From contig JBBRTD010000005.1 of assembly GCA_038244685.1 (NCBI GenBank), positions 1 through 45,728 on the forward strand: a stretch of 45,728 nt of DNA, read 5' to 3'. The notes under the pieces were generated by a model. That model was given only the letters and a program-made list of their open reading frames with translations, was not told the DNA's origin and did not search any database. The DNA is from Minisyncoccia bacterium (GTDB lineage: Bacteria > Patescibacteriota > Minisyncoccia > Phycocordibacterales > UBA9973). How positions within the stretch are numbered: the stretch's first letter is position 1; each line of letters opens with the position of its first letter. Both the position numbers and the translations under genes were made by a program. Positions 45,459-45,728 of this stretch are shown here, piece after piece.

Positions 45459-45728
45459 ATGTCATTTAGAAAGTACTCTATTATTTCTGTCTTCGTTTCA
45501 ATATTAATATTAATTACCTCTATTTTTACTTTGTTCCCAAATAAAGTAAAAGCCGCGGAGGTCTTCAGTAAAAAAATTGATTTAGGTGCCTACTCCTACA
45601 GCGGAGCCAACCCCTACAATATATCTCTAACTGAATTCGGTGGTAAATTTTATGGATTAACTCAAAACGGTGGAGATAATAATCAAGGAGTAATCTTTGA
45701 ATGGGATAAATCTACAAATGTATATACA
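45459..45728 (+). CDS. secreted Gloeo_Verruco (GloVer)-type repeat protein, partial (runs off window)
   Basis: Read from sequence: MSFRKYSIISVF...VKA signal peptide then GKFYGLTQNGGDNNQGVIFEWD. Confidence 0.8.
   Translation, partial: MSFRKYSIISVFVSILILITSIFTLFPNKVKAAEVFSKKIDLGAYSYSGANPYNISLTEFGGKFYGLTQNGGDNNQGVIFEWDKSTNVYT

Overview
AT-rich bacterial chromosome segment, most likely from a Patescibacteria/CPR (Parcubacteria-like) genome. This is inferred from the divergent 16S 3' end without an anti-Shine-Dalgarno, the unlinked 16S, widespread leaderless promoters and the gene content. The left end holds the 3' end of 16S rRNA, two candidate small RNAs, RNase P RNA, an unannotated 28-aa Lys/Ala/Val peptide, secA, a secreted lysozyme-fold protein, dnaE, rnhB and an M1 aminopeptidase. 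tRNA-Asn(GTT) at 13688-13762 is flanked on both sides by structured elements that contain pieces of the tRNA itself. It is followed by about 16 kb of mostly co-oriented, self-contained gene cassettes (MazG-like, three Nudix, deacetylase, SRPBCC, Lar-like, Pcp, RsgA, DinB, many orphans), with a recurring ~23-bp junction motif and shared promoter types. Next come a class F sortase with its substrate, several membrane genes, a Bacteroidetes-type primary sigma factor, cspA, a candidate ncRNA, and the core genes hpf, fmt, def, hisS, lepB, pth and rpsA. The best candidates for new biology are (1) Bacteroidetes-like transcription-machinery pieces (a sigma factor and an RpoB-like motif) in a CPR genome, (2) the tRNA-Asn-nested structured elements plus the downstream cassette array, and (3) several unannotated structured RNAs. 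All family calls come from motif recognition by eye; no searches were run.
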